Shown here: in pieces, positions 1 to 10,331 of the stretch
Layout of the letters: each line of letters begins with the position of its first letter
Position numbering within the stretch: position 1 is the stretch's first letter
Assembly: GCA_949299375.1 (NCBI GenBank)
Contig: CASGAH010000001.1
Coordinates: 4,193-68,192, forward strand
Reading direction: 5' to 3'
Length of the DNA: 64,000 nucleotides
Source of the DNA: an uncultured Eubacteriales bacterium
GTDB lineage: Bacteria; Bacillota; Clostridia; Lachnospirales; Lachnospiraceae
Position numbers and translations under genes: made by a program
The notes under the pieces: model-generated
Seen by the model: the letters and a program-made list of their open reading frames with translations, nothing else
What the model was told of the DNA's origin: nothing
The model's database searches: none

Positions 1-1011
1 GCTCTGGCTCTGGCCGATGGTGTCGTCGTCCAGTTCGGTGTCAAATGTTACAACGGCTCCGGTTACGGCATTGATTTCGTACTCATACTCGTATCCGTCT
101 GCTTTGAATTCCACTTCATATACCATCATGCCGTTTTCATAGTCGAGCTTAACTTCCATTTCTGTGACAGCGGATTCTGCCTTTCCGGCGTGGGAGAGCG
201 CTGCTTCTTTCGCCTTGTCCGCACCGATGTAGTTTTTGTCGCTGGCCGTTCCAACCGATGCCACATGTTCGAGACTCGTCTGCGCGGATTCGCACAGCAG
301 GTTCAGCTCATTGATCGACAGCGGTACAAGCTCGTCAAATGTGTACAGCGGATTTTTTTCTACGATCTGCTGGATCAGCTGCGCCTTTCCAGCTGTGATG
401 CCGTAGCGGTCTGCGAGAGACTGAAGCTGTGTATCCGATGTGATCGTCTGGCTGAGAACTGCACCGTCAAACGTATCGGTCTGCAGAATCACTCGCACTT
501 CTTCCATCAGTTTCTCTTTCAGCGCATCGCCCTTTGCCGGATCGTCATTGTCAACGCTGATGAGAACCGAATTCGACAGTTCATTCAAATATCCGTTTCT
601 CAGCATGGAGCCGATCAGCGCATTGACTGCTACTTCCAGATCACTTCCCTTAAAATCCATATCGCCAATCACGGTCTGGCCTTCCTCATTGAGTGGTTTC
701 ACGCTCAAAACACGTTCTTTTTCGTTTGCTGTAATTTCAATGCTCGGATTCACATCCAGAGACACGGTGGAAGCCACTGCATAATTCGTCCGGTAAATTC
801 CTGCTCCCATCGTTCCGGCAAATACGATTGCCGCCATCGCAGCGACTGCTGCTACCTGTTTTACCCATTTTCTGCTCTTTTTCTTCGCTTCTTTCATGAT
901 CATCACATTTCCTTTCTGATTTTCACAACGGCGGAGTACACAGTCAAGCACATCTGGAGCCGCATGAGAAAAAGCCTGTTTCACTTTTGCTTCCAATTCT
1001 GTATTTTTCAT
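1..1011 (-). CDS. anti-sigma-factor-like membrane protein with C-terminal PepSY-like domain (3' end runs off the window)
   Basis: Own translation of the minus strand. ATG at 1011..1009 (MKNTELEAKVKQAF...), one TM segment (VAAVAAMAAIVFAG), and a C-terminal PepSY-like stretch (...MMVYEVEFKADGYEYEYEINAVTGAVVTFD). The frame stays open to position 1. ATGA overlap with the stop of the sigma gene. Not in the ORF track because there is no stop in the window. Confidence 0.7.
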   Translation of the reverse strand, partial: MKNTELEAKVKQAFSHAAPDVLDCVLRRCENQKGNVMIMKEAKKKSRKWVKQVAAVAAMAAIVFAGTMGAGIYRTNYAVASTVSLDVNPSIEITANEKERVLSVKPLNEEGQTVIGDMDFKGSDLEVAVNALIGSMLRNGYLNELSNSVLISVDNDDPAKGDALKEKLMEEVRVILQTDTFDGAVLSQTITSDTQLQSLADRYGITAGKAQLIQQIVEKNPLYTFDELVPLSINELNLLCESAQTSLEHVASVGTASDKNYIGADKAKEAALSHAGKAESAVTEMEVKLDYENGMMVYEVEFKADGYEYEYEINAVTGAVVTFDTELDDDTIGQSQS

Positions 1012-1589
1012 TTCTGCAACACCCCTCTTTCCAGATTGTTTCGCATTTTTTTCAGTGCCCTATTGTATTTTGAGAGAACGGTGGAGATTCTCATGGAAAG
1101 CAGCTGTGCGATCTCCCGATGTTTGAATCCGGAAACCGCGTGCAGCACGACAATCTGTCGCTCATCCTCTGTCAGACAGTTCATGCACGTATGCAATACG
1201 AGTTTGTCTTCTGATGTAATTCCTTCCTTTTCCTCTAAGTATCGCTCCCAATCCTCCTGGGGAATGGTACTCATTTTCTCATGCTCTCTGAGTTTCCGAT
1301 AGCAAAGATTTCTTGTGATGGTTAAAATCCATGCCAAAGGTTTTCCATAGGAATCATATCCGGATGCTGCGGAGTAAACATTCAGGTAACATTCCTGCAG
1401 CACATCCTCCGCATCATGTACGTTCTTCAAAATTGAAAGAGCAAAACCAAACACACTGTCCTTTGTCCGCAGATAAAGTCTTGAGAGAGCATCGGTGTCT
1501 TTCTCTGCAATTTGTTTCAAACACTCATCCAGCATTGCGGATTCGGAAGTGGTCTTTTCTTCTCTTGCTGACGTCATACAAAGAATCAT
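1008..1589 (-). CDS. RNA polymerase sigma-70 family (ECF-type) sigma factor
   Basis: 193-aa ORF with region 2 (DAEDVLQECYLNVY) and region 4 HTH (SGFKHREIAQLLSMRISTVLSKYNRALKKM). Translationally coupled to the downstream anti-sigma gene. Confidence 0.85.
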   Translation of the reverse strand: MILCMTSAREEKTTSESAMLDECLKQIAEKDTDALSRLYLRTKDSVFGFALSILKNVHDAEDVLQECYLNVYSAASGYDSYGKPLAWILTITRNLCYRKLREHEKMSTIPQEDWERYLEEKEGITSEDKLVLHTCMNCLTEDERQIVVLHAVSGFKHREIAQLLSMRISTVLSKYNRALKKMRNNLERGVLQK

Positions 1590-1654
1590 GGAAGTTTTCC
1601 CCCTTTCATCTAGTTAATCCACGAGCCCTGCATTTTATTGCAGCTTTTTTTATT

Positions 1655-1690
1655 TTTTAAAAAAAGGCAGCTTTGGGGGCTGCCTTTTCC
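1655..1690 (-). terminator. intrinsic terminator downstream of gatB
   Basis: Minus strand reads GGCAGC-CCCCAAA-GCTGCC followed by TTTTTTT. Confidence 0.7.
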
Positions 1691-1710
1691 TGTCTTCTCA
1701 AGCTTCGATT

Positions 1711-3150
1711 TTATTGTTTTTCCATTGCCTCCCGCACCATCTGGTTGACGGCTGCCGGGTCTGCCTTTCCCTTCATCGCTTTCATCGTCTGTCCCACGAT
1801 AAATCCCATCGCCTTTTTCTTGCCGGATTTGTAATCCGCCACGGACTGCGGATTGGCGGCAATGATCGCCTCGATGGTGCTGCGCAGAGAACCTTCATCT
1901 CTGACGGTTTTCAGTCCGTGCTTCTCCACGTACTCGACCGGATCGGCGTCTTCCCGGAAAATCTGTTCAAATACTTCTTTTGCCACAGTACTGTTGATTT
2001 CCCTGGCGTCTGTCATGGCAATCAGCGCCGCCAGATGGGCGGCGGAAAAAGACAAATCATCCGGCTCCTGCTCCGATTCTTTCAGCAGCCGCATCGTCTC
2101 TACCATAAGCCAGTTGGACACTTTCTTGGGAGGCGCGCCAAGCGCAACGGTCTCCTCAAACAGATCCGCCATCTTCTTGGAATCCGTCAGAAGATCGGCG
2201 TCGTAACGCGGAAGGTCAAACTCCGCCTGGTAGCGCGCCATCTTGGCATCTTTAAACTCCGGCTCCCTCGCTTTTACCTGCGCCATCCATTCCTCGCTGA
2301 TGAGAATCGGCACAAGATCCGGATCGGGAAAATAGCGGTAATCCTGCGCGTCTTCTTTGGAGCGCATGGCGTAGGAATACTCCTTGTTGTCATCCCACCG
2401 TCTCGTCTCCTGAATGACCGGCTTCCCCTCTTCCAGAAGCTCAATCTGGCGGTTCTTTTCCCCCTCGATTGCGCGGGCAATGGCTTTGAAAGAGTTTAAG
2501 TTTTTCATCTCTGTTCTTGTGCCAAACGTCTCTGTCCCCATCTCCCGGACGGACAAATTGACGTCCGCGCGCATAGAGCCCTCCTGGAGCTTGCAGTCGG
2601 AAGCGCCCAGATACTGGATGATCAGCCGCAGCTTTTCCAGGTAGGCAACGACTTCCTCTGCGCTCCTCATATCCGGCTCCGACACGATCTCAATGAGTGG
2701 CACACCGGATCGGTTGAAATCGACAAGTGAGCAGTTTTCCCACTCGTCGTGGATCAGCTTTCCCGCATCCTCCTCCATATGAATTTCATGGATGCGGATC
2801 TGCTTTTTCCCCGTTTTTGTCTCGATCTCCACAAAACCGTTGCGGCAGATCGGGGCATACAGCTGTGAGATCTGATAATTTTGCGGATTGTCCGGATAGA
2901 AATAATTTTTTCGGTCGAATTTACTGTATCTTGTGATCTCACAGTTGGTTGCCATCCCTACCGCCATCGCATATTCCACAACTTTGCGGTTCAGCACCGG
3001 AAGCGATCCCGGCATTCCCGTGCAGACGGGACAGGTGTGGGTATTGGGCGCCCCGCCAAACGCGGTGCTGCAGGAACAAAAAATCTTTGTTTGGGTCGCC
3101 AACTCTACGTGTACTTCAAGGCCAATGACTGTCTCATATGTTTTTGCCAT
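1711..3150 (-). CDS. gatB: Asp/Glu-tRNA amidotransferase subunit B
   Basis: ORF 1711..3222. The conserved N-terminus MAKTYETVIGLEVHVEL begins at 3150. Overlaps the gatA stop. Confidence 0.95.
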   Translation of the reverse strand: MAKTYETVIGLEVHVELATQTKIFCSCSTAFGGAPNTHTCPVCTGMPGSLPVLNRKVVEYAMAVGMATNCEITRYSKFDRKNYFYPDNPQNYQISQLYAPICRNGFVEIETKTGKKQIRIHEIHMEEDAGKLIHDEWENCSLVDFNRSGVPLIEIVSEPDMRSAEEVVAYLEKLRLIIQYLGASDCKLQEGSMRADVNLSVREMGTETFGTRTEMKNLNSFKAIARAIEGEKNRQIELLEEGKPVIQETRRWDDNKEYSYAMRSKEDAQDYRYFPDPDLVPILISEEWMAQVKAREPEFKDAKMARYQAEFDLPRYDADLLTDSKKMADLFEETVALGAPPKKVSNWLMVETMRLLKESEQEPDDLSFSAAHLAALIAMTDAREINSTVAKEVFEQIFREDADPVEYVEKHGLKTVRDEGSLRSTIEAIIAANPQSVADYKSGKKKAMGFIVGQTMKAMKGKADPAAVNQMVREAMEKQ

Positions 3151-4633
3151 CTTCCCGCTCCTTTCGCTCTCTCTCCAGCACGACGGCCGGGCGGGCAAAT
3201 TCTCTTGTCTTCTCAAACGCATACGCCGCCCGTATCAGTTTCTTTTCCGTAAAGCAGTCTCCGATGAGCTGCATCCCGATCGGCAGCCCGTTTTTGTCTG
3301 TGCCGCAGGGAACACTCATCGCCGGAAGTCCTGCCAGATTGACGGAGATGGTGTAGATATCTCCCAGATACATTTTGATGGGATCGGACAGGCTCTCCCC
3401 GAGCTTCGGCGCTGTCGTCGGCGCTGTCGGCGCCAGAATTATGTCAAACCGCTCAAATGCTTTGTCGAATGCCTGCTTCATCAGCGCCTTCGTGCGCAGC
3501 GCTTTCAGGTAATACGCATCGTAGTATCCGGAGCTCAGCACAAAAGAACCGAGCATAATGCGCCGCTTTACTTCCGCTCCAAATCCCTCTGATCTTGACT
3601 TTTTATACATCGAATGGAGTCCGTCATATTCTTTTGCCCGGTAGCCATATTTCACCCCGTCAAAGCGGGCCAGATTGGAGCTCGCCTCGGCAGAAGCGAT
3701 GACATAGTAGGCGGGAATTGCGTAGGAGACAAGGCCGAGATCGAACTCCTCGATCACCGCGCCTTTCTTTTCCAGTTCTTTTGCTGCCTTCTGAATCGCA
3801 TCCCGGATCTCCCCGTCCAGGCCATCCCCGTAGTAGTCTCTCGGAAGACCAATGCGAAGTCCCTTCACATCTTCCGTGAGTGCCTCTGTAAACCGGGTGT
3901 CACCGCGTCTGACGGAGGTGCTGTCTTTCGGGTCATAGGATGCGATGGCCTCCAGGATTGCGGCGCAGTCCGTCACGTTTTTGCTGATGGGCCCAATCTG
4001 ATCCAGGGAGGAGCCGTATGCGATTAGCCCATAGCGGGATACCGTTCCATACGTCGGCTTCATCCCCACGACGCCGCAGAATGAGCTTGGCTGGCGGATG
4101 GAGCCGCCTGTGTCGGAGCCAAGTGCATAGCTGCACTCCTCCAGGGCAACCGCAGCGGCCGATCCGCCCGAAGATCCCCCCGGCACGTGATCCGGGTTCC
4201 ACGGATTTTTTGTGACGCCAAAAAAGGACGTTTCGGTCGTGCTCCCCATGGCAAACTCGTCCATATTCGTCTTCCCTACGATTACCGCTCCGGCCTTTTC
4301 CAGATTCACAACGGCCTGTGCCGTATACGTGGGAACGAAATTTGATAAGATATTTGAGCTGCAGGTTGTCCTGAGCCCTCTGGTACATAAGTTGTCCTTT
4401 ATCGCAACCGGGACACCGGCCAATGTCCCGGTGAGTGTTCCCTCATCGATGGCCTTCTGAACGGCTCTCGCCTGCTCGAGCGCCTGTTCCCCTGCCACCG
4501 TGACATAGCTGTGATATATGGGGTCGAGCGCATCGATCTGTCTCAAAACCTCTTTTGTCGCCTCTACAGAAGAAATTTCACGGGCCTGAATTTTCTTCCC
4601 CAACTCTACCGCTCCAAGCGCAGTTATCTTCAT
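3134..4633 (-). CDS. gatA: Asp/Glu-tRNA amidotransferase subunit A (amidase)
   Basis: 499-aa ORF with an amidase signature (GGSSGGSAAAVA). Confidence 0.95.
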   Translation of the reverse strand: MKITALGAVELGKKIQAREISSVEATKEVLRQIDALDPIYHSYVTVAGEQALEQARAVQKAIDEGTLTGTLAGVPVAIKDNLCTRGLRTTCSSNILSNFVPTYTAQAVVNLEKAGAVIVGKTNMDEFAMGSTTETSFFGVTKNPWNPDHVPGGSSGGSAAAVALEECSYALGSDTGGSIRQPSSFCGVVGMKPTYGTVSRYGLIAYGSSLDQIGPISKNVTDCAAILEAIASYDPKDSTSVRRGDTRFTEALTEDVKGLRIGLPRDYYGDGLDGEIRDAIQKAAKELEKKGAVIEEFDLGLVSYAIPAYYVIASAEASSNLARFDGVKYGYRAKEYDGLHSMYKKSRSEGFGAEVKRRIMLGSFVLSSGYYDAYYLKALRTKALMKQAFDKAFERFDIILAPTAPTTAPKLGESLSDPIKMYLGDIYTISVNLAGLPAMSVPCGTDKNGLPIGMQLIGDCFTEKKLIRAAYAFEKTREFARPAVVLERERKEREDGKNI

Positions 4634-4649
4634 CTGTCTGATTTCCCTC

Positions 4650-4943
4650 CTACTCTACCGTCCTTGGCACCTGAAAACTTCCGTCTTTTTGTTTCGGCGC
4701 ATTGGCAAGCATCTGCTCCCGCACATCCGTGTTTGTCACAACGTCTTCCCGAAACACGTTGCTGATCGGGAAAATATGGCTCATCGGCTCCACACCGGTC
4801 GTATCCAGCTCATTGAGCTGATCGATGTAGTCCAGCATCTCGCCCATGTCTTTCTTCGCGGCTTCTTTTTCCTCCGGGGAGAGCTCCAGTTTTGCCAAAA
4901 TTGCCACATACTCGATTGTCTCATCTGAAATGATATTTGCCAT
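4650..4943 (-). CDS. gatC: Asp/Glu-tRNA amidotransferase subunit C
   Basis: 97-aa ORF with typical GatC size and position upstream of gatA. Confidence 0.9.
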   Translation of the reverse strand: MANIISDETIEYVAILAKLELSPEEKEAAKKDMGEMLDYIDQLNELDTTGVEPMSHIFPISNVFREDVVTNTDVREQMLANAPKQKDGSFQVPRTVE

Positions 4944-4974
4944 ACTCTGAATCCTTTCTTTTTTCGCTTCCCCG

Positions 4975-6306
4975 TTACGGTTCCAGCCGTTTTAAGTCTC
5001 TCGGAAACAGCGTTGTCTCCCGGACATTTTCTTCCTCAACCAGGCACATTGTCAATCGCTCCAGCCCGATGCCAAGCCCGCCGTGCGGAGGCATACCGCA
5101 CCGGAAAATCATCAGGTAGTGCTCCATCCCCTCCGTTGACATTCCTCTGTGCGCGATCTTGTTTTGCAGTTCGTCGTACCGGTGAATTCTCTGGCCTCCT
5201 GTTGTAACTTCCAGTCCCCTGTAGAGAAGATCAAAGCTCAGCGTAACAGCCGGATCGGCCGGATCATCCATCGCATAGAACGGGCGTTTTCTCGACGGAT
5301 AGTGGGTGACAAACACAAAATCCGACTGATATTCCTCCTGAAAATATCGGCCAATGAGTTTTTCCTCCTCCGGCTCCAGATCATAGGGGTTTCGGATTGT
5401 CCGATTGTATTTCTCTGCGACAAGCCGTTTGGCTTCCTCAAAGCGAACCGCCGGAATCCGCTCCACCTTCGGAAGCGCAACGCGAAGGATCTCCAATTCT
5501 TTTTTGTATTCTTTTTTCAGCAGCTCCATCGTATATTGTAAAAACCCGGTCTCCATCTCCATAATCTCTTCGAAGCTGTCAATGTATCCCATCTCCAGGT
5601 CCAGGCTTGTATACTCATTCAGATGGCGGACGGTATTGTGCTTTTCTGCGCGAAAGACCGGTCCAACCTCAAACACGCGGTCGTATATTCCAACCATTGT
5701 CTGCTTATAAAACTGCGGGCTTTGCGCCAGAACCGCTTTTTTGTGAAAATAATCGAGCTTGAAAATATTGGATCCGCCTTCGGCGCTTCTGGCGCCGATT
5801 TTGGGCGTATGAATCTCTGTGAATCCGTTCTGATGCAGAAAATCCCGGAACCCCCGCGCAATCCCTTCCTGAATGCGAAACTTCGCGCGCTCTCTCACAT
5901 TTCTCAAGACGATCGGACGGAGATTCAATTTCGTCTCCAGCGAAGTTTTCAGCTTCCATTTGGAAATGGCGATGGGCAGCGGTTCAAACGGCTCGGAGAG
6001 CAGCACAATGTTTGTCAGCCGGATTTCAAATCCCTGGGGAGCTCTCGCCTCCATGACAACGGTTCCGGATATTTCGACAGAAGACTCCTCTTTCAGATCC
6101 TTTCGCGGAATGTTGACTTTGCCTTCCTCATAAACGCACTGCACCAGCCCTTCCGCCTTGCGCAGCACAACAAACGCAATCTCTCCCATGTCCCGGATGG
6201 CGTGTATGGCTCCTCTCATCTTTACTGTGCTGCCGGTATACGATCCCGACAGTATCTGGTCGATTGTTACTTCTCCTCTTTGTTTTACTCCAGTGATAAA
6301 ATCCAT
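4975..6306 (-). CDS. aspS: aspartate--tRNA ligase, archaeal/type-2 class IIb (probably non-discriminating)
   Basis: 443-aa ORF with class II motifs ([32 protein letters not shown]). Heads the gatCAB operon. Confidence 0.8.
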   Translation of the reverse strand: MDFITGVKQRGEVTIDQILSGSYTGSTVKMRGAIHAIRDMGEIAFVVLRKAEGLVQCVYEEGKVNIPRKDLKEESSVEISGTVVMEARAPQGFEIRLTNIVLLSEPFEPLPIAISKWKLKTSLETKLNLRPIVLRNVRERAKFRIQEGIARGFRDFLHQNGFTEIHTPKIGARSAEGGSNIFKLDYFHKKAVLAQSPQFYKQTMVGIYDRVFEVGPVFRAEKHNTVRHLNEYTSLDLEMGYIDSFEEIMEMETGFLQYTMELLKKEYKKELEILRVALPKVERIPAVRFEEAKRLVAEKYNRTIRNPYDLEPEEEKLIGRYFQEEYQSDFVFVTHYPSRKRPFYAMDDPADPAVTLSFDLLYRGLEVTTGGQRIHRYDELQNKIAHRGMSTEGMEHYLMIFRCGMPPHGGLGIGLERLTMCLVEEENVRETTLFPRDLKRLEP

Positions 6307-6344
6307 TGTGTTGTTCCTTACCTTTCACAAAATTGAAACAGAAA

Positions 6345-6672
6345 ACGAAAAATCCATCCCGGAATACGACTATTCCGGGACGGATTCAAAAAACCCGCGG
6401 TACCACCCGCATTGAAGAGTTCTGACTCTGACGCAGTTGTCTGGACTGCGCAAAATGCAATTCTCCTCCACTTGATGCACGTAACGTGTGCAGCGGGCAT
6501 CCCTACTTGTGCGGCATCCTTGCCTCTGTTCAAAATGCCGGCTCCGGAGTGTTCCCGCGCCCTGTCCTTTCTGCCTGCGCTCTCAGTCGGTGACGCCTGC
6601 TTCCTGTCAAAGTCCTCTGGGGTTGAGTCTCCTTCTTGGCCTTTCTCGATCTCGTTTTTTTTCTATCACGAC
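6345..6672 (-). promoter_or_regulatory. T-box riboswitch leader of aspS-gatCAB
   Basis: Minus strand carries the T-box sequence AAUGCGGGUGGUACCGCGGG (6394..6414). It is followed by the terminator hairpin AAUCCGUCCCGGAAUA...UAUUCCGGGAUGGAUU plus a U-tract (6346..6386). An AGAGAG-type stem I element lies upstream. Confidence 0.85.
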
Positions 6673-6678
6673 GCTGAT

Positions 6679-6708
6679 ATCATACCATAAGATACAGTCA
6701 GAAGTCAA
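6679..6708 (-). promoter_or_regulatory. sigma-A-type promoter of the T-box leader
   Basis: Minus strand: TTGACT (6708..6703), 18-nt spacer, TGgTATGAT (-10 at 6684..6679). Confidence 0.55.
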
Positions 6709-6758
6709 GGCTCTTTTTTTCCGAATGCTGCATTGTTTGCTGCATGGCCCTGCACCTC

Positions 6759-8702
6759 TCACGCAAGTTCAATCTGGTACCGTTTCAGCCACGTATTGAC
6801 CTGGATCAGGTAGGCAAGCATCTGCGGACCGGCCATCAGCTGTCCATACCACGGTTTCCCATAATCGGACGGGGTATGCAGAAATGTCTCCACTTTTTTG
6901 CGGTCCGCAAGCCGTCCAATGGGGGCGTTTGGATCGGACAGAAGGTCGAGCAGATGTTTTCCGAGCTGCCTTTCGTATTCCGGATGATACGTCTTTGGAT
7001 ACGGACTTTTTTTCCGGCACCGCACATCTTCCGGCAAGAGCCCTTTGACGGCGTCGCGCAGAAGCCCTTTTACAGCGCCGCCCGGGCATTTCATGTGCCA
7101 GGGGACATTCCAGATATATTCTACAATGCGGTGGTCCGCAAACGGAACTCTCGCCTCCAGCCCTGAGTACATGGAGGTGCGGTCCATACGGTCCAGGAGC
7201 GTAATCATGAACCAGCGCAGATTAAGCCAGGCAATTTCTCTTCTTCTCGCCTCTTCCTGGGACTCTCCCGATAACCTCGGCGTTTCCCGGATGGTATTGC
7301 GATACGCCTCTCTGGCGTATTCCTCCATCGGAAGCCGCTGCAGCACATCGTCCCGCAAAAGCGCTTTTCTCGGGTCTGTCACAGGCGACCACGGAAACGC
7401 ATCCAAGGCAAGCATTTCCTTTCGGTGAAACCAGGGGTAACCGCCGAAGATTTCATCCGCACATTCTCCGGTCAGAGTTACCTTGTTGTGCTGGACGACC
7501 CGGGAACAAAAGTAGAGAAGAGACGATTCTACGTCTGCCATCCCGGGCAGATCTCTTGCCTCTACCGCCCGTTCGAGATCGCAGATCAGCCGCCCGCAGT
7601 CGCACTCCAGATGCCGGTGGTTTGTATGGCACACGTCTGCCATCCGGTCGGCAAAGGGACGATCCTGCGACGGCTGAAACGCATTGGGCTGAAAATAGCG
7701 GCTGTTTCCCTCAAAATCAAAGGAAAACGTATTCAGCGTCTTCCCCTCCCGCCCGAGTTTTTTGGCACAGATTGCGGTCACGATGCTGCTGTCAATCCCT
7801 CCCGACAAAAATGTGCTAATCGGAATGTCTGACAGCATCTGCATGGTTACCGCATCTTCAAGAAGATATCGGGTTTTCTCCACGGTTTCCTCATAGGAAT
7901 CCTCGTGAACCCGGCTCTCCAGCTTCCAGTAGCATCCCTCTGTCTGGCCGTCGCAGTCGATGCAGAGATAGTGGGCAGGCTTCAATTCCCGGACGCCGTC
8001 GATGACGCCTTTTCCAATCGTTTTGGCCGGCCCAAGGGCAAATACTTCGCACAGCCCTTCTTGCGTCACCCGGGGAGAAAATCCTGGAAAGCAGAGAAGA
8101 CCTTTTATCTCGGAGGCAAATGCGAGGCAGCCGTCCTGCCACAGGTAGAACAATGGCTTTACCCCCAGGCGGTCGCGGTACAGCCACAGCCTCTTTTTTT
8201 CTTCCTCCCATATGGCAAACGCAAAAATACCGTTTAGCTTCTTCACAAAGTCCGGTCCTTCCTCCAAAAAGCCGGTCAAAAGCACTTCCGTATCGCATGT
8301 CGTCGAGAACGTACATCCTTTTCCCATCAACTCACGCCGCAGCGCGTTCATGTTGTAGATTTCTCCATTGTACACAATCGCGGCCTGCCTGACCCATCCT
8401 TCTGGAATTTGCATGGAATCGGCCTCCGGTTCTAGTTTGCCCTGCTGATCTGCATTTCCATACGTCAGAATCCGGCTTTTGTTGCTGTAAATACGCTCCA
8501 CCATCGGCTGTCTTCCATTTTCCAGATCCAGAATCGAAAGCCGGACATGCGCCAGGCCGCAGTGATCGGACAGACAAAAGCCCGCCCCATCCGGTCCTCT
8601 GTGACGCAGCGTCTGATTCATCTTGTGGAGCAGCGCTTCCCACCTATCGGCATCTGACAAGAAACTGGTTTCCCGGCTGAAAAATCCGCTGATTCCGCAC
8701 AT
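6759..8702 (-). CDS. asnB: asparagine synthase (glutamine-hydrolysing)
   Basis: ORF 6759..8705. N-terminal MCGISGFF (class II amidotransferase Cys2) starts at 8702. SGGIDSS PP-loop present. Confidence 0.9.
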   Translation of the reverse strand: MCGISGFFSRETSFLSDADRWEALLHKMNQTLRHRGPDGAGFCLSDHCGLAHVRLSILDLENGRQPMVERIYSNKSRILTYGNADQQGKLEPEADSMQIPEGWVRQAAIVYNGEIYNMNALRRELMGKGCTFSTTCDTEVLLTGFLEEGPDFVKKLNGIFAFAIWEEEKKRLWLYRDRLGVKPLFYLWQDGCLAFASEIKGLLCFPGFSPRVTQEGLCEVFALGPAKTIGKGVIDGVRELKPAHYLCIDCDGQTEGCYWKLESRVHEDSYEETVEKTRYLLEDAVTMQMLSDIPISTFLSGGIDSSIVTAICAKKLGREGKTLNTFSFDFEGNSRYFQPNAFQPSQDRPFADRMADVCHTNHRHLECDCGRLICDLERAVEARDLPGMADVESSLLYFCSRVVQHNKVTLTGECADEIFGGYPWFHRKEMLALDAFPWSPVTDPRKALLRDDVLQRLPMEEYAREAYRNTIRETPRLSGESQEEARRREIAWLNLRWFMITLLDRMDRTSMYSGLEARVPFADHRIVEYIWNVPWHMKCPGGAVKGLLRDAVKGLLPEDVRCRKKSPYPKTYHPEYERQLGKHLLDLLSDPNAPIGRLADRKKVETFLHTPSDYGKPWYGQLMAGPQMLAYLIQVNTWLKRYQIELA

Positions 8703-8711
8703 CACGCGCTC

Positions 8712-9299
8712 CTAAAACGGACTGACTACAACCGGCTGAATCTGTTTTCCTTCCAGAGCGTGCTCAATGGTGGGGATCAAGAGCTCTGCGTGGGCAATCA
8801 TAGAATTTGGTTTTTTCACCGGACTGTCTTGCCCGAATGGCACAAAATAAATGTTTTTGGCATTCATTAAAATTCCGATGTTTTTCAAATTCATTCCCAG
8901 GGCGTCATTTGTGGACAGCGACAACACAACGGGCCGCTCGTTGCGCAAATGCGCTTTGACTGCCATCGTAACCGGGCCGTCTGTAATTCCGTTGGCCAAT
9001 TTCGCAATCGTATTTCCTGTGCAGGGAAGCACCGCGATCACATCAAAAAGCGCCTTCGGACCGATCGGCTCAACTTCCGGTATTTCCCGAAGGACCGGGG
9101 TTTGCGTAATGTCCTCCGCCCTTCTGATAAAATCTTCCCATTTGCCAAAGCGGCTGTTTGTGCCTGCAGACGCGTGAGAAAAAATAGTCTGCACCTGCGC
9201 TCCTTCTTTCACAAGTGCTTCCAGCTGGCGAAATGCGGTCTGGTACGTGCAGAAGGAGCCAGTAAACGCCACCCCAATTTTTCTATATTTCAAAGACAT
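8712..9299 (-). CDS. dpaB: dipicolinate synthase subunit B (flavoprotein)
   Basis: 195-aa ORF with a flavoprotein fold N-terminus (IGVAFTGSFCT). Paired with dpaA. Confidence 0.85.
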   Translation of the reverse strand: MSLKYRKIGVAFTGSFCTYQTAFRQLEALVKEGAQVQTIFSHASAGTNSRFGKWEDFIRRAEDITQTPVLREIPEVEPIGPKALFDVIAVLPCTGNTIAKLANGITDGPVTMAVKAHLRNERPVVLSLSTNDALGMNLKNIGILMNAKNIYFVPFGQDSPVKKPNSMIAHAELLIPTIEHALEGKQIQPVVVSPF

Positions 9300-9338
9300 A
9301 TCCTACCAGCTCTCCTAACCCTATTTTCGTTGCCTGTT

Positions 9339-10205
9339 TCATTTTATCGCATTCTGTTCGTTCTCCAGCCAATCTGCCAGAATTCGGGCGGAGGCTCTCG
9401 GGGAATACTTCCCTGGAAGCCCCGGACAGAGCACGGCGGAACGCCCCAGCCTGGAGGCTTCCGCAAAATCCGTTCCGCCTCCCTGTCCGGCAATGTCAAG
9501 AATCTCTGTTTGGGGAGATATTTTTTCCAGCTGTTCACGCCCCAGCACCCGCGCCGGAATCGTGTTGATGATCAAATCCTGGCATGAAAGGACTTCCTCC
9601 ATGTCGCGGATTTGCCTCATCTCATATCCATACATCTCTCCCTGGCACAAAACATCGCGTCTTCTGGCACAGACGGTGATTTTCGCGCCAAGGCGGGCAA
9701 ACAGACGGGCAATCGCCATCCCGCAGCGCCCAAATCCGAGAATCAGGCATCGGGACCCTTCGATGTGGTCCGGGCAGCGCCCAATGGCCTCCGCCAGTGT
9801 TCCCTCTGCTGTGGAGACCGCATTTCTCCATGCAATCTCCTCTATCTTCATATAATCCGTCAGATGCAGCTGGCGCCTTCTCGCCAACAGCATCCACTCT
9901 CTTGGAATTCCTCCTGCATAGACACGATGAGACGGGGTCAGTTCCTGAAACATCGCTCCGATCGTCATCGCTTTCGTTTCCTCTGTTTTTTTCAGCGCAT
10001 ACAGCGTCGTTCCATCGCTCGTCAAGGGAACCGGCGCCAGAATGCAGTCCGCCTGCCGTATGGCTCTCTCCAAAGAAACTTCCTCCGGCACGGACTCCGG
10101 GACGCGGCACAGTCCGCAGGCAATCACACGATGACTGCCCGCAAGAAATTCTGCCAAATATCCCTGCCGCTCATCCCCTCCGATCACGGCATATTCATAC
10201 CTCAT
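9339..10205 (-). CDS. dpaA: dipicolinate synthase subunit A
   Basis: 288-aa ORF with a Rossmann-type motif (ILGFGRCGMAIA). Lies upstream of dpaB. Confidence 0.85.
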   Translation of the reverse strand: MRYEYAVIGGDERQGYLAEFLAGSHRVIACGLCRVPESVPEEVSLERAIRQADCILAPVPLTSDGTTLYALKKTEETKAMTIGAMFQELTPSHRVYAGGIPREWMLLARRRQLHLTDYMKIEEIAWRNAVSTAEGTLAEAIGRCPDHIEGSRCLILGFGRCGMAIARLFARLGAKITVCARRRDVLCQGEMYGYEMRQIRDMEEVLSCQDLIINTIPARVLGREQLEKISPQTEILDIAGQGGGTDFAEASRLGRSAVLCPGLPGKYSPRASARILADWLENEQNAIK

Positions 10206-10331
10206 TTGGCATCATCCTTCCATATCAGACAGATCGTTCCATGGATTCCGGAAACACAGCTCCGCAAAAAGGGAGAAACTTCTCTGTCTATTATAAAATA
10301 TGTGCAATCCGGAAAGATGTGCATCAAACGA

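Noticed and set aside
190-1302. 370-aa plus-strand ORF (and nested 440..784)
   Set aside because: It is an antisense shadow of the anti-sigma and sigma genes. The translation is Cys/Phe/Arg-rich low-complexity sequence, whereas the minus strand gives recognisable domains.
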